Source: Eledone cirrhosa (Eukaryota). From it: 64,000 nucleotides of DNA. The translations under genes and the position numbers were made by a program. Position 1 is the stretch's first letter. The number at the start of each line of letters is the position of its first letter. Where the stretch lies: positions 335,234,001 to 335,298,000 of the forward strand of contig OZ024743.1 of the NCBI GenBank assembly GCA_964016885.1, in the 5' to 3' direction. Shown piece by piece: positions 25,901 through 39,510 of this stretch. The notes under the pieces are model-generated. The model saw nothing but the letters and a program-made list of their open reading frames with translations. It had not been told where the DNA came from and did not search any database.

Positions 25901-26820
25901 TGCTGGGTTGAAAAATAGTTTCTCTAAGGGGTTGTCATTATATCTATCGTCATAGTTGTGTGTGTTGCAATTATTGTTATCATGGTGGTTGTTGTTGTTT
26001 CTATCATTAGCATTATTATTATTGTTATGATTGCTAGATGTATTGTTGTTTACCACACCGTTATTGTTGTTGTTACTGTTATTTCTACCATTGTGGTTGT
26101 TACTTTTATTATGTTTCTTGTTTTTGTTGTGTCTATCATTAATGTTGCTACATGTATTATTTCCATTATTACCACTGTGGTTATTGTTGTTGTTGTTCGT
26201 ATTGTTACCGTTATTACTACTGTGGTCGCTGCTGCTGTGTCTGTGGTTAATGTTTCTATTATTATTATTATTGTGGTTGTTGTTGCTCTGTCTATCGTTA
26301 GTATTATTACCATTATTACTATTTCTCACTTTCCTGCTATTGTTATTGTTATGGCTGTTATTTCTATACTCAGAGTTATTGTTTATATTACTACTACCGT
26401 TATTATTGTTGTTGTTGTTGTTGTTTACCTTTGCATTCCAACGTATTTTTGTGAAACACTTTTCCAGCTTCGTTTTGCACTCCATAGGGTTAATCTTTTT
26501 GTAGATGGCAAATTTTGGTGGTAACTTTAGGATTTGTTGTTCTTGTTCACTGATTAAAGTGTTCCCATAAATATTTACTGTGTGGTCATTGGTAAATTCT
26601 TCCGGTAGTTTTACATCAGTCATACGGATATTGTTGATGTTATCTGGGTATTTTTGAGAATATTCTATTTTCCTTTCTTGTAGTTTTTTCTTATTCATCC
26701 ATTCTAATTTCTTATTGAAGTGCCTATTGCATTCGTTTCGGGCGTATTTCGTTTCACGTCGGATGACGCTCATGAAGTTATCCCTCTTGTCTGGCGTGGT
26801 GAGATTTCGGACTTCCTTAC
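22990..26820 (-). mobile_element. Penelope-like element (Neptune/Nematis-like), largely complete and frameshifted
   Basis: RT motifs DVMSLYPSI, GAAIG, YSRYVDD and LPVLD; Cys-rich linker C..RKCIIC; GIY-YIG VVYSIRC..YIGETARSIGERIDQH; HHR-like motif in the 3' UTR. Confidence 0.88.
23249..23290 (-). ncRNA. Hammerhead-like motif in PLE 3' UTR (cleavage site degenerate)
   Basis: acca-CTGACGA-a-gttgca/tgcaac-GAAA-gattca-tgat. Confidence 0.6.
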
Positions 26821-26822
26821 CG

Positions 26823-26875
<53 letters not shown>

Positions 26876-26948
26876 CTATACACATATGTATATATATATA
26901 TGTATATATATAATATATATAATATATATAAGTATATGTATTTATGTA

Positions 26949-27026
<78 letters not shown>

Positions 27027-27073
27027 TATATATACATATATGTATAAATATATGTACAAGTGTATTTGTATAA

Positions 27074-27114
<41 letters not shown>

Positions 27115-27364
27115 TAACTTAATACATTTCCCTGTATTACACGGCATGGAAAACTAGACAAGTACGTGCAGTACGGTATCGATTTTTGTGACTGCAACAA
27201 TTACTGAAGAAATCAGATTGTTCTTTGATCCTCTAAACATGGAACATTTAACTCAATAAAACAAAAGGCACATCGATAAATCAAACAAAACGTTGAACAA
27301 CTTTCACTATCCATGTGGAAAATTTCAACGAATGTCGAGCAGCACGTACAAAATGTTTCAACGG

Positions 27365-27367
<3 letters not shown>

Positions 27368-27432
<65 letters not shown>

Positions 27433-27455
27433 CTCTCTCTCTCTCTCTCGCTCTC

Positions 27456-27500
<45 letters not shown>

Positions 27501-27530
27501 ATCTCTCTCTCTCCCTACTCTCTCTCTCTT
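27368..27530. repeat. (CT)n microsatellite
   Basis: Direct reading. Other large tracts: (TA)n at 21578-21736, 43661-43950, 45930-46315 and 52095-52326; (GT)n at 41115-41296; (AAAAAT)n at 19393-19465. Confidence 0.95.
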
Positions 27531-27684
27531 TCCTTGTGTTTGTGCAGACTCTCAATGTACTAGTCCGGTGATGGTGAACCTGCGGCGTTCCTTGCCATTC
27601 TGTGCGACCTTTTCAAAGAATAAAAAATTTCAAAGAATTTCAAATTCTTATTAATATGTTTTTGTCTATCTCTTATTGTCTTAA

Positions 27685-30600
27685 TTGCCTAGCTGGCATG
27701 CCGAACTACCTCCCCCTGGTGCAGCTGGGTGGTCTAAGATTACTCCTAGACCAACGAAAAGTTCGGCGGCAGTGCCTAAGGACGTGGTGGGTTTACGCCT
27801 GGCAAGCGTTCTCCCTATAAAAAGCCACAGATGTCCGAAACAGCACTGTGACGTGGCGAGCATGACCCGCCACTAAATAGGGTCACTGCCCCCCCTCCCT
27901 CGTCTCACCCGAGGCATTGTATTCCAGAAGAGGCGGAAGAACCATTTGGTCAACAGCTCGAATGGAACTTCGGGAGCATTGGGACCCCGGTTTGGTTAAC
28001 GACCAAGCAAAGGCGTATGAACTGGTCTACTGGTCATCGTCTCCCAATGGGTGCGAATACCTCATCTCGCTCCGCTTCCTTGTGGACAGACGTTTTAGTC
28101 AAAGGCTCCCGGTGGGGTCCCCTAAGTAAACCCCTATTCCAGCCTAGGCAACCGGGTAGTATTACGCCTTCTGGAGAGGGAAACTCCGATATCAAACCTA
28201 CGACCCGAGGACCTCGCTGTCTCCGTCCCAGCTCGCTAGGCCATGGCAGATGAACCTCGTGCTTAAAGGGTGGGGCGAGTTTGCGCGCACTGCACTTCAC
28301 CTTAAAACTCCTCAGCGCAGGCCAAAGGACGTCCACGTTTTATGACCAACCATTCCAAAAGCCCCGCAGTGATGGGAGAGGGGCGAAAGCGGCAGGTGGA
28401 AGATGTCACTGAAAGCCGTTGTCTCGATCCTACATGTAGGCGGCTCAGGACTTTGGTCGCCTGGTTGTTGACCCGGAGACGACGACACCACTCGGAAGCA
28501 TCCTGAGCGACCAAGCAGCCCTATCTAGGGTGAGCACTGCCTGCTCTACATGGAGAGGGGCGGTAGAAAAGCTTCCCCTAATCAAAGCTCGTCTCCTCTA
28601 TACCCAGTTGGCTAGCCGCGGTCAACGGGCATCTTCAGAGCGGTCGAACAAACATGGAAACAAAACTAAAGAAAAGTAAGCAGGACTTGAAAGTTGCCTG
28701 CTGGAATGTCAGGACTATGCTTGACAAGGCTGACAGCAGCCGCCCGGAACGTCTTTCGGCTCTCATAGCCCATGAACTCTCCCGCCTCAACATCGACATA
28801 GCAGCTCTCAGCGAGGTACGCTTCGCTGACGAGGGCAGCGCCAAAGAACGCGGCGCTGGCTACACCCTTTTCTGGTCCGGGAAACCATGATCTGGAGGAC
28901 GCCTGTCGGTTGTAGGACTCATGGTGAGGAATTCCATCGCCTCCAATCTGGAAACATTACCCACGGGCCACTCAGACCGTATCATATCCATACGCCTACC
29001 ACTGGAGAGCAAACAACATCTCACGCTCTTCAGTGTCTATGCTCCAACGCTACTGGCAGATTCTGCGGACAAAGAAAGTTTTATTCTGATCTGCGCAGAC
29101 TCTTGAACAACACCCCTGCTGACGACAAAATCCTGATCCTTGGCGACTTCAACGCAAGAGTTGGGAGGGACTCTGAGGCCTGGAAAGGTGTCCTTGGAAG
29201 ACACGGCGTTGGTGGCTGTAACGACAACGGGCGCCTCCTGCTCGAGTTCTGCACAGAGCACCAACTTGCCATTACCAACTCAATCTTCCAACAGAAAGAC
29301 CGCCTGAAAACAACTTGGATGCATCCTCGGTCCAAACATTGGCATCTACTTGACTATGTGCTTGTGCGCCAACGGGACCTGAAAGATGTTCTACACACGA
29401 GAGTGATGCCCAGTGCAAAGTGCCACACTGACCATCGCCTCGTCCGCTGCAAGCTCAAACTGCAGTTCAAACCCAAACCCAAGAAGAAAGGTAACCCCGT
29501 AAAGAAACTCAACGTCGGCAGCCTGTGCCGGGAGGAAGTGATATCCAAGTTCCAAGCAGACCTGCAGCAAAAACTAGACGAATCCCCTTGCACTGATGAC
29601 CCCACCCCAAACACCTTGTGGGAGAACCTGAAATCAGCCATCTGAGGAAGTTCTTGGGCACACAAAAAAGAAAAACAAGGACTGGTTTGATCAAAATGAC
29701 AAGGAGATCCAGGACTTACTAGCAAAGAAGGGGGCAGATCATCAGGCCCACCTTGCACAACCAACCTGTCCTGTAAAGAAAGATACCTTTCGACGCGCAT
29801 GCAGCACCCTACAGCGCAAACTCCGAGAAATACAGAACGAGTGGTGGGACCACCTGGCGCGGAGAACTCAGCTGTGCCCTGACCTCGGAGACTATAGGGG
29901 CTTATATGACGTTCTGAAAGCAGTATATGGCCCCACCCACCAGGTCCAGAGTCCCCTGCGCAGTTCAGATGGAAAGGACCCCTTCACCGATAACACCTCC
30001 ATCTTCGCTCGCTGGTCCGAGCACTTCCAAAGCCTCTTCAGTGCTGACCACACCGTACAGGACGCTGCCATCCATCCCGTTCCTCAACTTCCACTCAAAG
30101 AGGAGCTCGACGAACCACCTACCCTCGAAGAGACGACTGAAGCCATAGAACAACTGAAGTGTCGCAAAGCAGCAGGAGTTGACAACATCGCACCATAAAT
30201 CTGGCAGAATGGAGGTCCGACGCTCCACGACAAGCTACACGATTTTCCTGTCTGCTGTTGGGATCAGGGTAAGCTGCCACGGGATCTTCGCCACGCCGTC
30301 ATCATAATCCTGTACAAGAACAAGGATGAAAATCTGACTGCTCCAACTATCGGGGAATCACCCTACTGTCCATCGCTGGCAAAGTACTTGCCAAGATCCT
30401 GCTCAACAGGCTCGTACCAACCATCGCTGAAGAAAACCTCCCCGAAAGAGTCAACAGAGGCACGACGGACATGGTGTTCGTCTTCCGCCAACTCCAGGAG
30501 AAGTGCCGAGAACAAAACAAGGGACTCTATGCTGCTTTTGTCGACCTCACAAAAGCATTTGACACAGCGAGCAGGACAGGACTATGGCTCATCCTGGAAC

Positions 30601-31890
30601 GACTTGGCTGTCCCACCAAGTTTCTACATATGGGGATCCAGCTGTACGAGAACCAGCGCGGCCAGGTCAGACTCAACGGTGACCTGTCGGATCCCTTCCC
30701 TATCTCCAACGGCGTGAAGCAGGGTTGTGTCCTGCACCGACTCTCTTCAGCATCTTCTTCAGCATGATACTCAAGCATGCAACTGAGCATCTGGATGATG
30801 GGGATGGCGTGTATGTCAGGTACCGTATGGATGGCAGCCGCTTCAATCTACGGCGCCTCCAAGCCCATACAAAGACCCAGGAGAGGCTGATCCGAGACCT
30901 TCTCTTCGCGGACGACGCTGCCTTCGTCGCTTACACAGAGCGAGCTCTGCAGCACATCACGTCCTGCTTTGAGGACGCCTGATGGCTCTTTGGCCTGGAG
31001 GTTAGTCTCAAGCAGACGGAGGTTCGTCACCAGCCTGCCCCCCAAGAAGAATACCACCCACCCTACATCACTATCTGCAATACCGAACTGAAATCAACAC
31101 AGCATTTCACATACATGGGCTGCAGCATCTCATCCGATGCAAGGATCAACAGGAAATTGACAACAGAGTCTCTAAGACAAATAGCTCCTTTGGCAGATTG
31201 TACAAACGTGTTTGGCACAACAAAAACCTGAAGAACAAGACAAGGATCAGCGTCTACAGGGCCGTGGTTCTCACCACTCTCCTCTACGGCTCGGAGACCT
31301 GGGTCACCTACCGCAGTCACATCCGTCTCCTCGAGCGCTTCCACCAGCGATGTCTCCGCACCATCCTCAACATTCGCTGGAGTGACTTCGTCACAAACGT
31401 TGAAGTTCTTGAGCAGGCCGAGATCCCAGCATTGAAGCCATGCTACTGAAATACTACCTCCGATGGACAGGGCATGTCTCCAGAATGGAGAACCATCGCC
31501 TTCCTAAGATTGCCGTGTTTGGCGAATTCTCCACCGGTCAACGAGAGGAGCCCCGAAGAAACGCTACAAAGACTGCCTCAAAAAGTCTCTCACCGCATGT
31601 CATGTTGACCACCAATGCTGGTCAGACCTGGCTGCAGACCGTGATGCCTGGCCCCACACGATCTTCAATGCGGTCAGCGAGTTTGAGGAAGAAAGAAGAA
31701 AACGTGCAAAAAGACAAGAGACGCAGAAGGAAGGCCCGAGCCGCCTTTGACACCACACCGGACGTTACCTTCATCTGTGGACACTGCTCACGGACCTGCC
31801 TTTCCCGCATCGGACTTGTCAGTCATGAGCGTGCCTGCAGACGATGTGGACAACCTTCCTAATCTTCGTTCGCGAAGCCAAGCCATGATG
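27685..31890 (+). mobile_element. Full-length RTE-clade LINE (degraded single ORF) with 10-bp TSD
   Basis: ORF from 28654: CWNVRT, ALSEVR, LGDFNARVG, LDYVLVR, TDH; FVDLTKAFD, GVKQGC, LFADD; C-terminal C2H2 finger CGHC..SHERAC ending at 31862; (ATG)n tail. TSD attgtcttaa at 27675-27684 and 31891-31900. Confidence 0.93.
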
Positions 31891-31900
31891 ATTGTCTTAA

Positions 31901-32225
31901 ATTAAATTACTTATTGCTGTGAATCTGCATTCTCCGACGTAACGAAAATCAAGACGACGCTGCGATGAGAGCTGGCGGATGCCTATGCCTATTTTGCAAT
32001 CAAATATCAAAATACTTTCCTACAACAAGCAGTTACAACATTGACATTAAACGCTTTAAAATTAATTTATTTTCGTTTTTATATAATTTGTATATAGTAA
32101 ATAGATTTTATTTTAAAAATAATATAGATTCTAATAATAGGTAATTACAGTTTCTTGAATACGGCCTTATTATATTACAAGTAACTTAATGCAGCCTTTC
32201 AACATGAAAAGGTTCCCCACCTCTC
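31901..32225 (+). mobile_element. hAT-superfamily DNA transposon relic (C-terminus and right end), target of the RTE insertion
   Basis: Translates to TYCCESAFSDVTKIKT (hAT dimerisation-type motif) and ends aaaaggttccccacc (hAT-like TIR). Confidence 0.5.
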
Positions 32226-32389
32226 TATTAATCCGAAATCTGAAGCTCATTAAGGAACAATCCCGCTTGAGCCGGAACGTGGAAGTAGTACGGCGGTATA
32301 TGCGGGCGATATTACAGTAATAATGTCGTACATTTTGGAAATTAATTAAGTTAATTTCCTAAAAAAGTATGAAATATTGACTAGAGCAA

Positions 32390-33170
32390 ATATTTTAACG
32401 CGGATAATTTGGTGGATCTTCAGTTCAACACCTTGAGATACAATCCAGGATGTTCAACAGCTTCAACGGGAGCAGATCGGACGAACGGTTTCCGGTTTTC
32501 GACATCTGATTTAGTCCGGATCTCCAGGTGGATATGAATTGGGCAAAATTGACGAGCAAACCGGCCAATAATAGATCGAGAGGAATGTATTCCTAAAAGT
32601 TAGGGAAAATGTGATGAATACGTATTTCTTTGTCATGAATTACCGCCCGACCGTTATGTCTTTCCCAGATGTTGTCGCACCAAATTGAGTCTGATTTAAC
32701 ATGTCTAGTTGAAAGGACGCGTTTCCAACAGCCGGCAGCACACTTTGGCTCGGTATTCCTTGGCTATTGATGTGCAGGCATGTGCTGAGGTTAAGGGCAA
32801 TATATAAAGGATAGTCGAGCATATGGACTGACATTTTCTGTGAATTGGGCGCTGGTGAAAACCTCTGAAAGTAAAGCCCACCAACAGGAACGCACGTATC
32901 ATCTTATATTCAACAACGCAGGAATAATAAAGTTTCTACAACAGCTTATCACATATCTTCATGAAGATATAATCTAAAAATATTGCGTAAGCGGACATTG
33001 TTTAGAGGTTGATCAGATGGATTGCATCTGGAATTCAACGGGTCGGCTTTGTCGGACAATATCTCCGTGAAGTTCCTTTAGAATTGTATTAGGGGCGCAC
33101 GTGTATGTGAAATGCCCAGTTACTGGCAAATTACTTTCTTAAGCAATTTCGTTCCCAAAACCGTGAGTGT
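32390..33170 (-). pseudogene. Unidentified decayed coding repeat; homologous to 43135-43520 and 46460-46772
   Basis: Copies align in the frame HIFPNFxEY(I/L)P..LLLAGLLVNFAQFIS(T/S)W..LNQMSK.GNRSS, with many third-codon-position differences. Confidence 0.5.
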
Positions 33171-33541
33171 TCCATCGATTATGTGTATATATATGTATAT
33201 ATGAAAACATAACAAAAGCTAAGCTAAGTGACACTTATGCAGTATTTTGTAATTCTACATTTTATATTATTTAAATGTTTTCAACTGTAATGAAATATTG
33301 ATTGATTTTAAAGATCTTCGCGAAAAAAAAAAATAATAATAAAAATAAATGCCAATTAGCTTGCCAGTATAAAGTTTCATAATGGCTGTCAGATTTCGAC
33401 AGAAATAACATATGTAAATCTAGGTTGTATTTGTGAATATGTTTAATCATCATCCTCTTGGTTGTTGTTTTCCCGCCCAGATTTGTCTCTCTTACGGGGT
33501 TGATAAAATAAAGTGCCAGTAAACAGTAGTATTATTATTAG

Positions 33542-34370
33542 GGCAGTGGATTGACAGTATCGGTAGAGCATCGAGCAACTTCCTTTGCGGTATGTAGTTA
33601 CGGGCCTTTACGTTCTGAGTTCAAATTCCGTCGAGATTAGCTTTGCTTTACATCCTTACAGGGTCGATAAAATAAAGTACCAGTAACGAACTGGTTCGAT
33701 TTAATCGACTTTCCCCCTTCCCTCCAAATTGCTGGCCTTGTGTCAAATGTAGAATCCATTATTATTAGGCCAGTGGATTGACAGTATCGGTAGAGGGTCG
33801 GACGACATGCTTTTCAGCATAGAGTTATGGCCCTTTATGATCTGAGTTCAAATCCCGTCGAGGTTATCTTTTCATTTCATCCTTACGGGGTCGATGAAAT
33901 AAAGTACCAGTAATGTACTGGAGTAATTGCTGGCCTTGTGCCAAAAGTAGAAACAATTATTATTAGGCCGGTGGATTGGCAGAAGGGGTAGAGCGTCGGG
34001 CAACTTCCTTTGCGGCATGTTGTTACGGCTCTGTACGTCCTGACTTCAAATCCCGCCGGGGTTAGCTTTGCATTACATCCTTACAGCGTCGATAAAATAA
34101 GCATCAGTAACGCAAAGGGAGCGATTCAATCGACTCTCTTCTTTTCTTCAAGTTGCTGGACTTGTGCCAAAAGTAGAAAAAAAATTATCGTTTAGAGTGA
34201 TGGATTATGAGAATCGTTAGATCATCAGACAAAATGATTTACAGCTCTTCTCATTACGAGTTCAATAACATAAAACCCCAGTCAAGGACTTGGTTCGATA
34301 TAATTGACTTTAATTCTCTCCACTCCATCAATTGCTTGCCTTGTGTCACCCATTACAAAACATTATTATT
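33542..34370 (+). mobile_element. Head-to-tail cluster of 3-4 Nin-domain SINEs
   Basis: Copies start at about 33542, 33768, 33965 and 34195, each directly after an (ATT)n tail. Confidence 0.88.
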
Positions 34371-34569
34371 GTTTGTGGCGGTGTAGCAGATACGTTATTT
34401 CTTTTGAAATATCGTCAACTTGTAATATTTTCTTTTGTGTCATATTTCGTCTTTACTCTGCCTTTTATGTAATTTTTTCTATTTTGTCTTTTTTTTTTGT
34501 CTTGCTCTGTGTTCAGGTTTTAGTCAGGTTTTCGTTTCATCCTTCCGGTGCCACTAGAATATTACCTTG

Positions 34570-34862
34570 TGAAAAAAAAAAAGTGTCGATATAATGAACT
34601 GCAAATTACAAGCAGATTTTTAAAGATAGTGTAGTGGATGTTGTCATGTTCTTGAATATCTGTCATATTCGATTGAATATCTGTCATACTCCATTAACTG
34701 AATCGATGGAACAGCCATTTGCTGAAATTAATGTTCAGGAGTCGGAGGATTCTACAGACATATGTATCTTTAAAAAAGCAGACAGAAGACCATGTGAGGA
34801 ATCAAACTCTGTATTTCTCGGATGCCGGACGAGTGTGTTTAACCATTGCTCTAAAGAGCCAC
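34570..34862 (-). mobile_element. tRNA-headed SINE, different family
   Basis: Minus-strand head ggctctttagagcaatggttaaacac...gagtttgattcctc with A/B-box-like motifs; the 3' boundary is uncertain. Confidence 0.55.
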
Positions 34863-34915
34863 TAATCACAACTGCCGCTATTTTTTTAAGGATTTTAAGC
34901 TTGTAGCTACAAGTA

Positions 34916-35331
34916 CAGGGTGGCCACTGAAAAACGTGTTCGTTTTCAATCTTTTTTAGTTCCTTTTTTTTTCCAGGTTATAGAGCATCGCTTGATGTTT
35001 TTCCCACATGATACTGAAAAAAATCCCTTTGGCAGTATCGGGAAAGTGTCGGACACCATGCTTTGCAGCATAGAGTTACGGCATTTTATGATCTGAGTTC
35101 AAATCCCGCCGAGGTTAACTTTGCCTTTCACCGTTACGGGGTCGATAAAATAAAGTACCAGTTCTTCACTGGGGTTGATTTAATCGACTTTCCCCTCCCC
35201 AAAAATTGCTGGCCTTGTGCCTATATAAGAAACTATTACTTACATTTTCAAATAAGGTAACTTAAAAAAAAAACATGTGTTTGTAAAAGTTATTTTTGTT
35301 TTATTTCATCCAGTCTTTTAGTGGCCATCCT
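34916..35331. mobile_element. Tc1/mariner-type MITE relic containing a SINE (35030-35240, +)
   Basis: ta-cagggtggccactgaaa ... ttttagtggccatcct imperfect TIRs. Confidence 0.55.
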
Positions 35332-35573
35332 CAATAAACACGAGTTTACTTAATAACTATAGAGAAAATATTAAATTTGAAATGCAGTCGTCTTACCGCA
35401 ACTATTATTAATGACACTTTAATATAGTTATGATCATTTGTGTTGGAATGATATCATATTAAATTTCATATCGAATAACTTTTTTTACGTCTGTACTACT
35501 AATTAGTGTAAATTGGGTTAATGTTATGTATAGGAATGAGGAATGTGTTTTTAAATGTTAATGTTCATGTTTA

Positions 35574-35622
<49 letters not shown>

Positions 35623-35847
35623 CTGGAGTTGCGACCGATAGATAGTATTAGCAATTGGAAAGACCAACGGAAACATTGTTCCCTCGGTCCGATTTGACGA
35701 AAGTCGATCGTTCCTTAATATATATATATATAAATGAAATAAAATAACAGGAGGCTGGACTGGTGTAAATCCTTGAAAGGTTTATTATACTATCATCATT
35801 CCAATGACCGGGTTCCATATGAATCCGGTGATATCAGGTATTGGAAT

Positions 35848-37040
35848 ATAACAAAGGAATATGTAAAAAACCATGGGTCCGAAAAATCAGAGACAGAGAC
35901 AAAGAGGACGACTGACCAACTAGCCTCTCGGCCAGTCGCCCTCAAAGTGTTGGCAACTGAATCTACTAATGAATATCTGCTGAGGGGGCGAAGGCTTATA
36001 ATGGACTACCACCACTCCGTCAAAGAAGAAGGGGAAGAAAGAAAGAAAGGGAGAAAGAAGTGTAGTGTAAGGGTCATACTACATTCATGCTAGAAAATGC
36101 CGTCACATTATACTTGTACCTACAAGCTTCAGGTTTAGGCATAACTATTAGCTGTATCACACCTCTACTGCCACGTAAATAAACCCCTCATGTGTGATTT
36201 AATAGTATTCGTTTGGTATAGACGATGGCCTGTCGAAATTGTGGAGTTCCCGTTAGCGATCCCGGGGCCAAAGTGAGCTACGTTCCTAGAGTACTATGAA
36301 AAATTAATTTCCATTTCTTTCGCTGGACGATACCACTCGAGACTGGCTGACTCATGTTGGGGGGTGTGCTGGCTGGGACTCCCAATCGAAATCTTTACTC
36401 AATATCCCATCCTAATATCTTATCGAGATTACATTTTTTCATATAAGACTCTCTCCGTAAGTTCATTAAATAAATAAATCTCGCTACCTTAATCTTTACT
36501 TCTCTAATAACTTATTTTTCAATTTATCATTTTGCAATTTAATATTTTTAATTTAATTTAATTTCATCCTATAACTCGCAACATAAGTTTAACGTTCCAA
36601 TCTTCGGTTCACACATTAGACCACACAGGCACCCATTATAGATTCTTTGGGGTAGCATTTTTTCACGGCATTTTCTAGTATGAATTAGTATGACCATTAC
36701 ACTACACTTCTTTCTCCCTTTCTTTCTTTTTTTCTTCCCCTTCTTCTTTGATGGAGTGGTGGTAGTCCATTATAGCCTTCGCCCCCTCAGCAGATATTCA
36801 TTAGTAGATTCAGTTGCCAACACTTTGAGGGCGACTGGCCGAGAGGCTAGTTGGTCAGTCGTCCTCTTTGTCTCTGTCTCTGATTTTTCGGACCCATGGT
36901 TTTTTACATATTCCTTTGTTATAACTGTTTATATTGTATTTTGTCTGAGGAAGGCATAGCATATTGTTAATATGATATCCCTGAAATATATATAATGAAA
37001 TAAATATGGTTTTATAAATATAGTTTCCATTTATTTAATA
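35848..37040. mobile_element. Foldback element with ~255-bp inverted arms; the right arm runs into a hammerhead
   Basis: 35848-36102 is the near-identical reverse complement of about 36665-36923, with a spacer of about 560 bp. Confidence 0.85.
36937..37002 (+). ncRNA. Type I hammerhead ribozyme
   Basis: Stem I tattttgt/atgaaata; CTGAGGA; stem II agg/cct plus catatt/aatatg; GAA; palindromic stem III atatatat; AUA triplet. Confidence 0.7.
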
Positions 37041-37535
37041 TTGTATATATATATATATATATATATTTCTTTAGGTGTGTTATTATATATATATAAATAT
37101 AGATAGATAGATAGATAGATATAAGTGAAAACAAAAAAACAAAAACAATAATTGTTTCTACTTTAGGCACAAGGCCAGCAATAAACCAGTGCATTACTGG
37201 TACTTTATTTTATCGACCCCGTATAATGAAGAGTGCAGTACAACGTGTTAGTATTAGGTTCACGCTTGAGAGTGGGGGGGGGGGTGATGTTTCGGCCATA
37301 AGCCCTTCATCATGAGAAAAGTGGGAAGGAAAAGAGTTCCGAGGGTGTGAGGGGGAGTGGTGGAAAAACATTAAAAAGGGGGGAAAATTAAAAGGAGGGA
37401 AAAAAATTAAAATGAAAACAAGTGGTGAAAAGGTGTGAGGCGTGTAGATGTGGTGGAGGGTGGATGTAGTGTTTGGTGGGGGAGAAGGAAACAGGGGGTC
37501 CGGGCGGGGATGGCAGAAGTCGATATATATATATA

Positions 37536-37872
37536 CAGTGTACCACCGACATTCGCGGTACGGTTATTCGCGGAATTTTCCTTAGAACTTAACTAATTGT
37601 TGTTCGTGGAAACCACCGCATATTCATGGAATCGTAAATATATTCCACGATTTTTTAATGGCTTTTATCGTGGCAATATATATCTTTTTAGCGATAAATT
37701 ATTAATACAAAATATACCATATTTACCGGGCAATTAAACGCCCCTTCGCCTAAGATGCTCCCTCTTTTTAAAATATATATTTACATTATATTTTGACGTT
37801 TATAGGCATTTTTATGGGCAATCTCTTGGGTGCTGTAGAAACGTAACCCCCGCGAATACCGGGGGACAACTG
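37536..37872. mobile_element. Tigger/pogo-like MITE
   Basis: Imperfect TIRs cagtgtaccaccgacattcgcgg / ccgcgaataccgggggacaactg in TA context. Confidence 0.65.
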
Positions 37873-38068
37873 CATATATATATATGGTAGATTAGGTCGT
37901 GGGTAACGTCACTTTATTCGCGTTTATGAAATTCATGGTTATATATGAAAAGTATCTTTTCTTAATATATTAAGCCGCAAACTAATATTGTACAGTATTG
38001 CCTGCTTTGTTGTTTCCGTTTACTTTGTTCACACGTGCGCGTGCATACACGCACACACACACAGACAC

Positions 38069-38107
<39 letters not shown>

Positions 38108-39000
38108 TGAGAGACTTGCTTGCAAACAAAGACATGTTTATATATGTGATTTTTTGCGTGAAATTGTGTAGTCTGTTTCCAAAAGCTGGCATATTTTTTC
38201 GATGTCTATAACACATATCAGGGCCCAGCTGTATCAATATTTTTATCTAAGCGAAAGCTAAACAATCACACTCTGTTTCTTTAGAAAAAAAAAATTACTC
38301 TCAAAACTATATTTACACAAGGTGAATACATGTAACTTCTCATGTGCTTTTTCTTATATATTTATTCGCTAATCTTATATATTTAACTATTTATCGAATG
38401 TATAATTTTCTTGTCTTTTTTTTGTCTACAATAACCAAACAGCACAACTGTATGCATGTATGAAATATATTTACTGACAGTCAATGTCGTTTGACTGGAA
38501 CTAAAAAAATCACTGAGAGACTCAGCTATTGATTCCAGACGTCTAGCGTCAGAATGGACACCTATAAAGTTGTCAGAATCTAAATAACTCTAACAATAAC
38601 AACCAAAGTAAAATCCATGAGACCAATAATAGCAATAATACTAATAATAAATAGCAATAATAGTAATAATAATGATGATCTATTATAATGGCCAGAAGGT
38701 TCCAAGATATTAAGCACAATACTAGGAGGAAAAGTGAGGTTTACATTGAACAAAGGAAAGGAGACATCAACAAGGGGAGATAATAGAGATTACCTATAAT
38801 TGCAATAAAAATGAAAAAGTAAGAATAAAGCAGCAAAAACTATAAAAATAGTAAATAATTATAATGATGATCGAATTGTAATACGTATAACTTTTACTTC
38901 ATATATAGAAAATTGATTATTCGCAGTTAGTCATGATGAAGCAACCGTACATATCTAACTGTAAAAATATATGCCCTCACACACACTCACACACACACAT

Positions 39001-39040
<40 letters not shown>

Positions 39041-39269
39041 GTAATATATTATATATCATATATAATGTAATATATTATATATCTTATGCAATGTAATATA
39101 TTATATATCATATATAATATAATACATTTGTACAATATAAGTTGCATACATACATATATACATATATATATATACATGATAGCTGCAACTTAATTTCAAG
39201 TAATGCCATCGCTTGATTCTTAAGCATGAGCAGCATGGACCTCCGTCGGTTGAGTGGTCCAATAGTTCA

Positions 39270-39510
39270 ACCAACGGAATGCCTGCTCATGAAATTAAAG
39301 AAACTAAGCATTTCACCAACATATGTGCCGTGAAGTTAGCACTCAGGGAGATTCACCGAGGAATTGGGTAGGACAAGACAAAACAATTGAATTCATTTTC
39401 ATCAGCTGAGTTGACAAGAAACTAAGTTTCTTGCACAAACACATAACATGCCGTCGGAAATCGAACTCAAAATTGTATGATCGTCAGCCGAACTCAATCC
39501 AGTAAGACAC
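39270..39510 (-). mobile_element. Degenerate tRNA-derived SINE
   Basis: ggaaatcgaactc B-box complement and ttcttgcacaaacacataac core-like segment. Confidence 0.5.

Noticed and set aside
27685-28650. HDV-like or twister ribozyme in the RTE 5' UTR
   Set aside because: Expected in some RTEs, but I could not fit the nested pseudoknot by eye.
35787-35847. Minus-strand attccaat..ctgata..gaacccggtc-attggaat
   Set aside because: There is an 8-bp stem and a ccgg palindrome, but the core is broken in several places.
37285-37315. Minus-strand ATGATGA-ag-ggc/gcc-GAAAcatc
   Set aside because: C3 is mutated and the 3' half is replaced by a poly-C run; probably a relic, not supportable.
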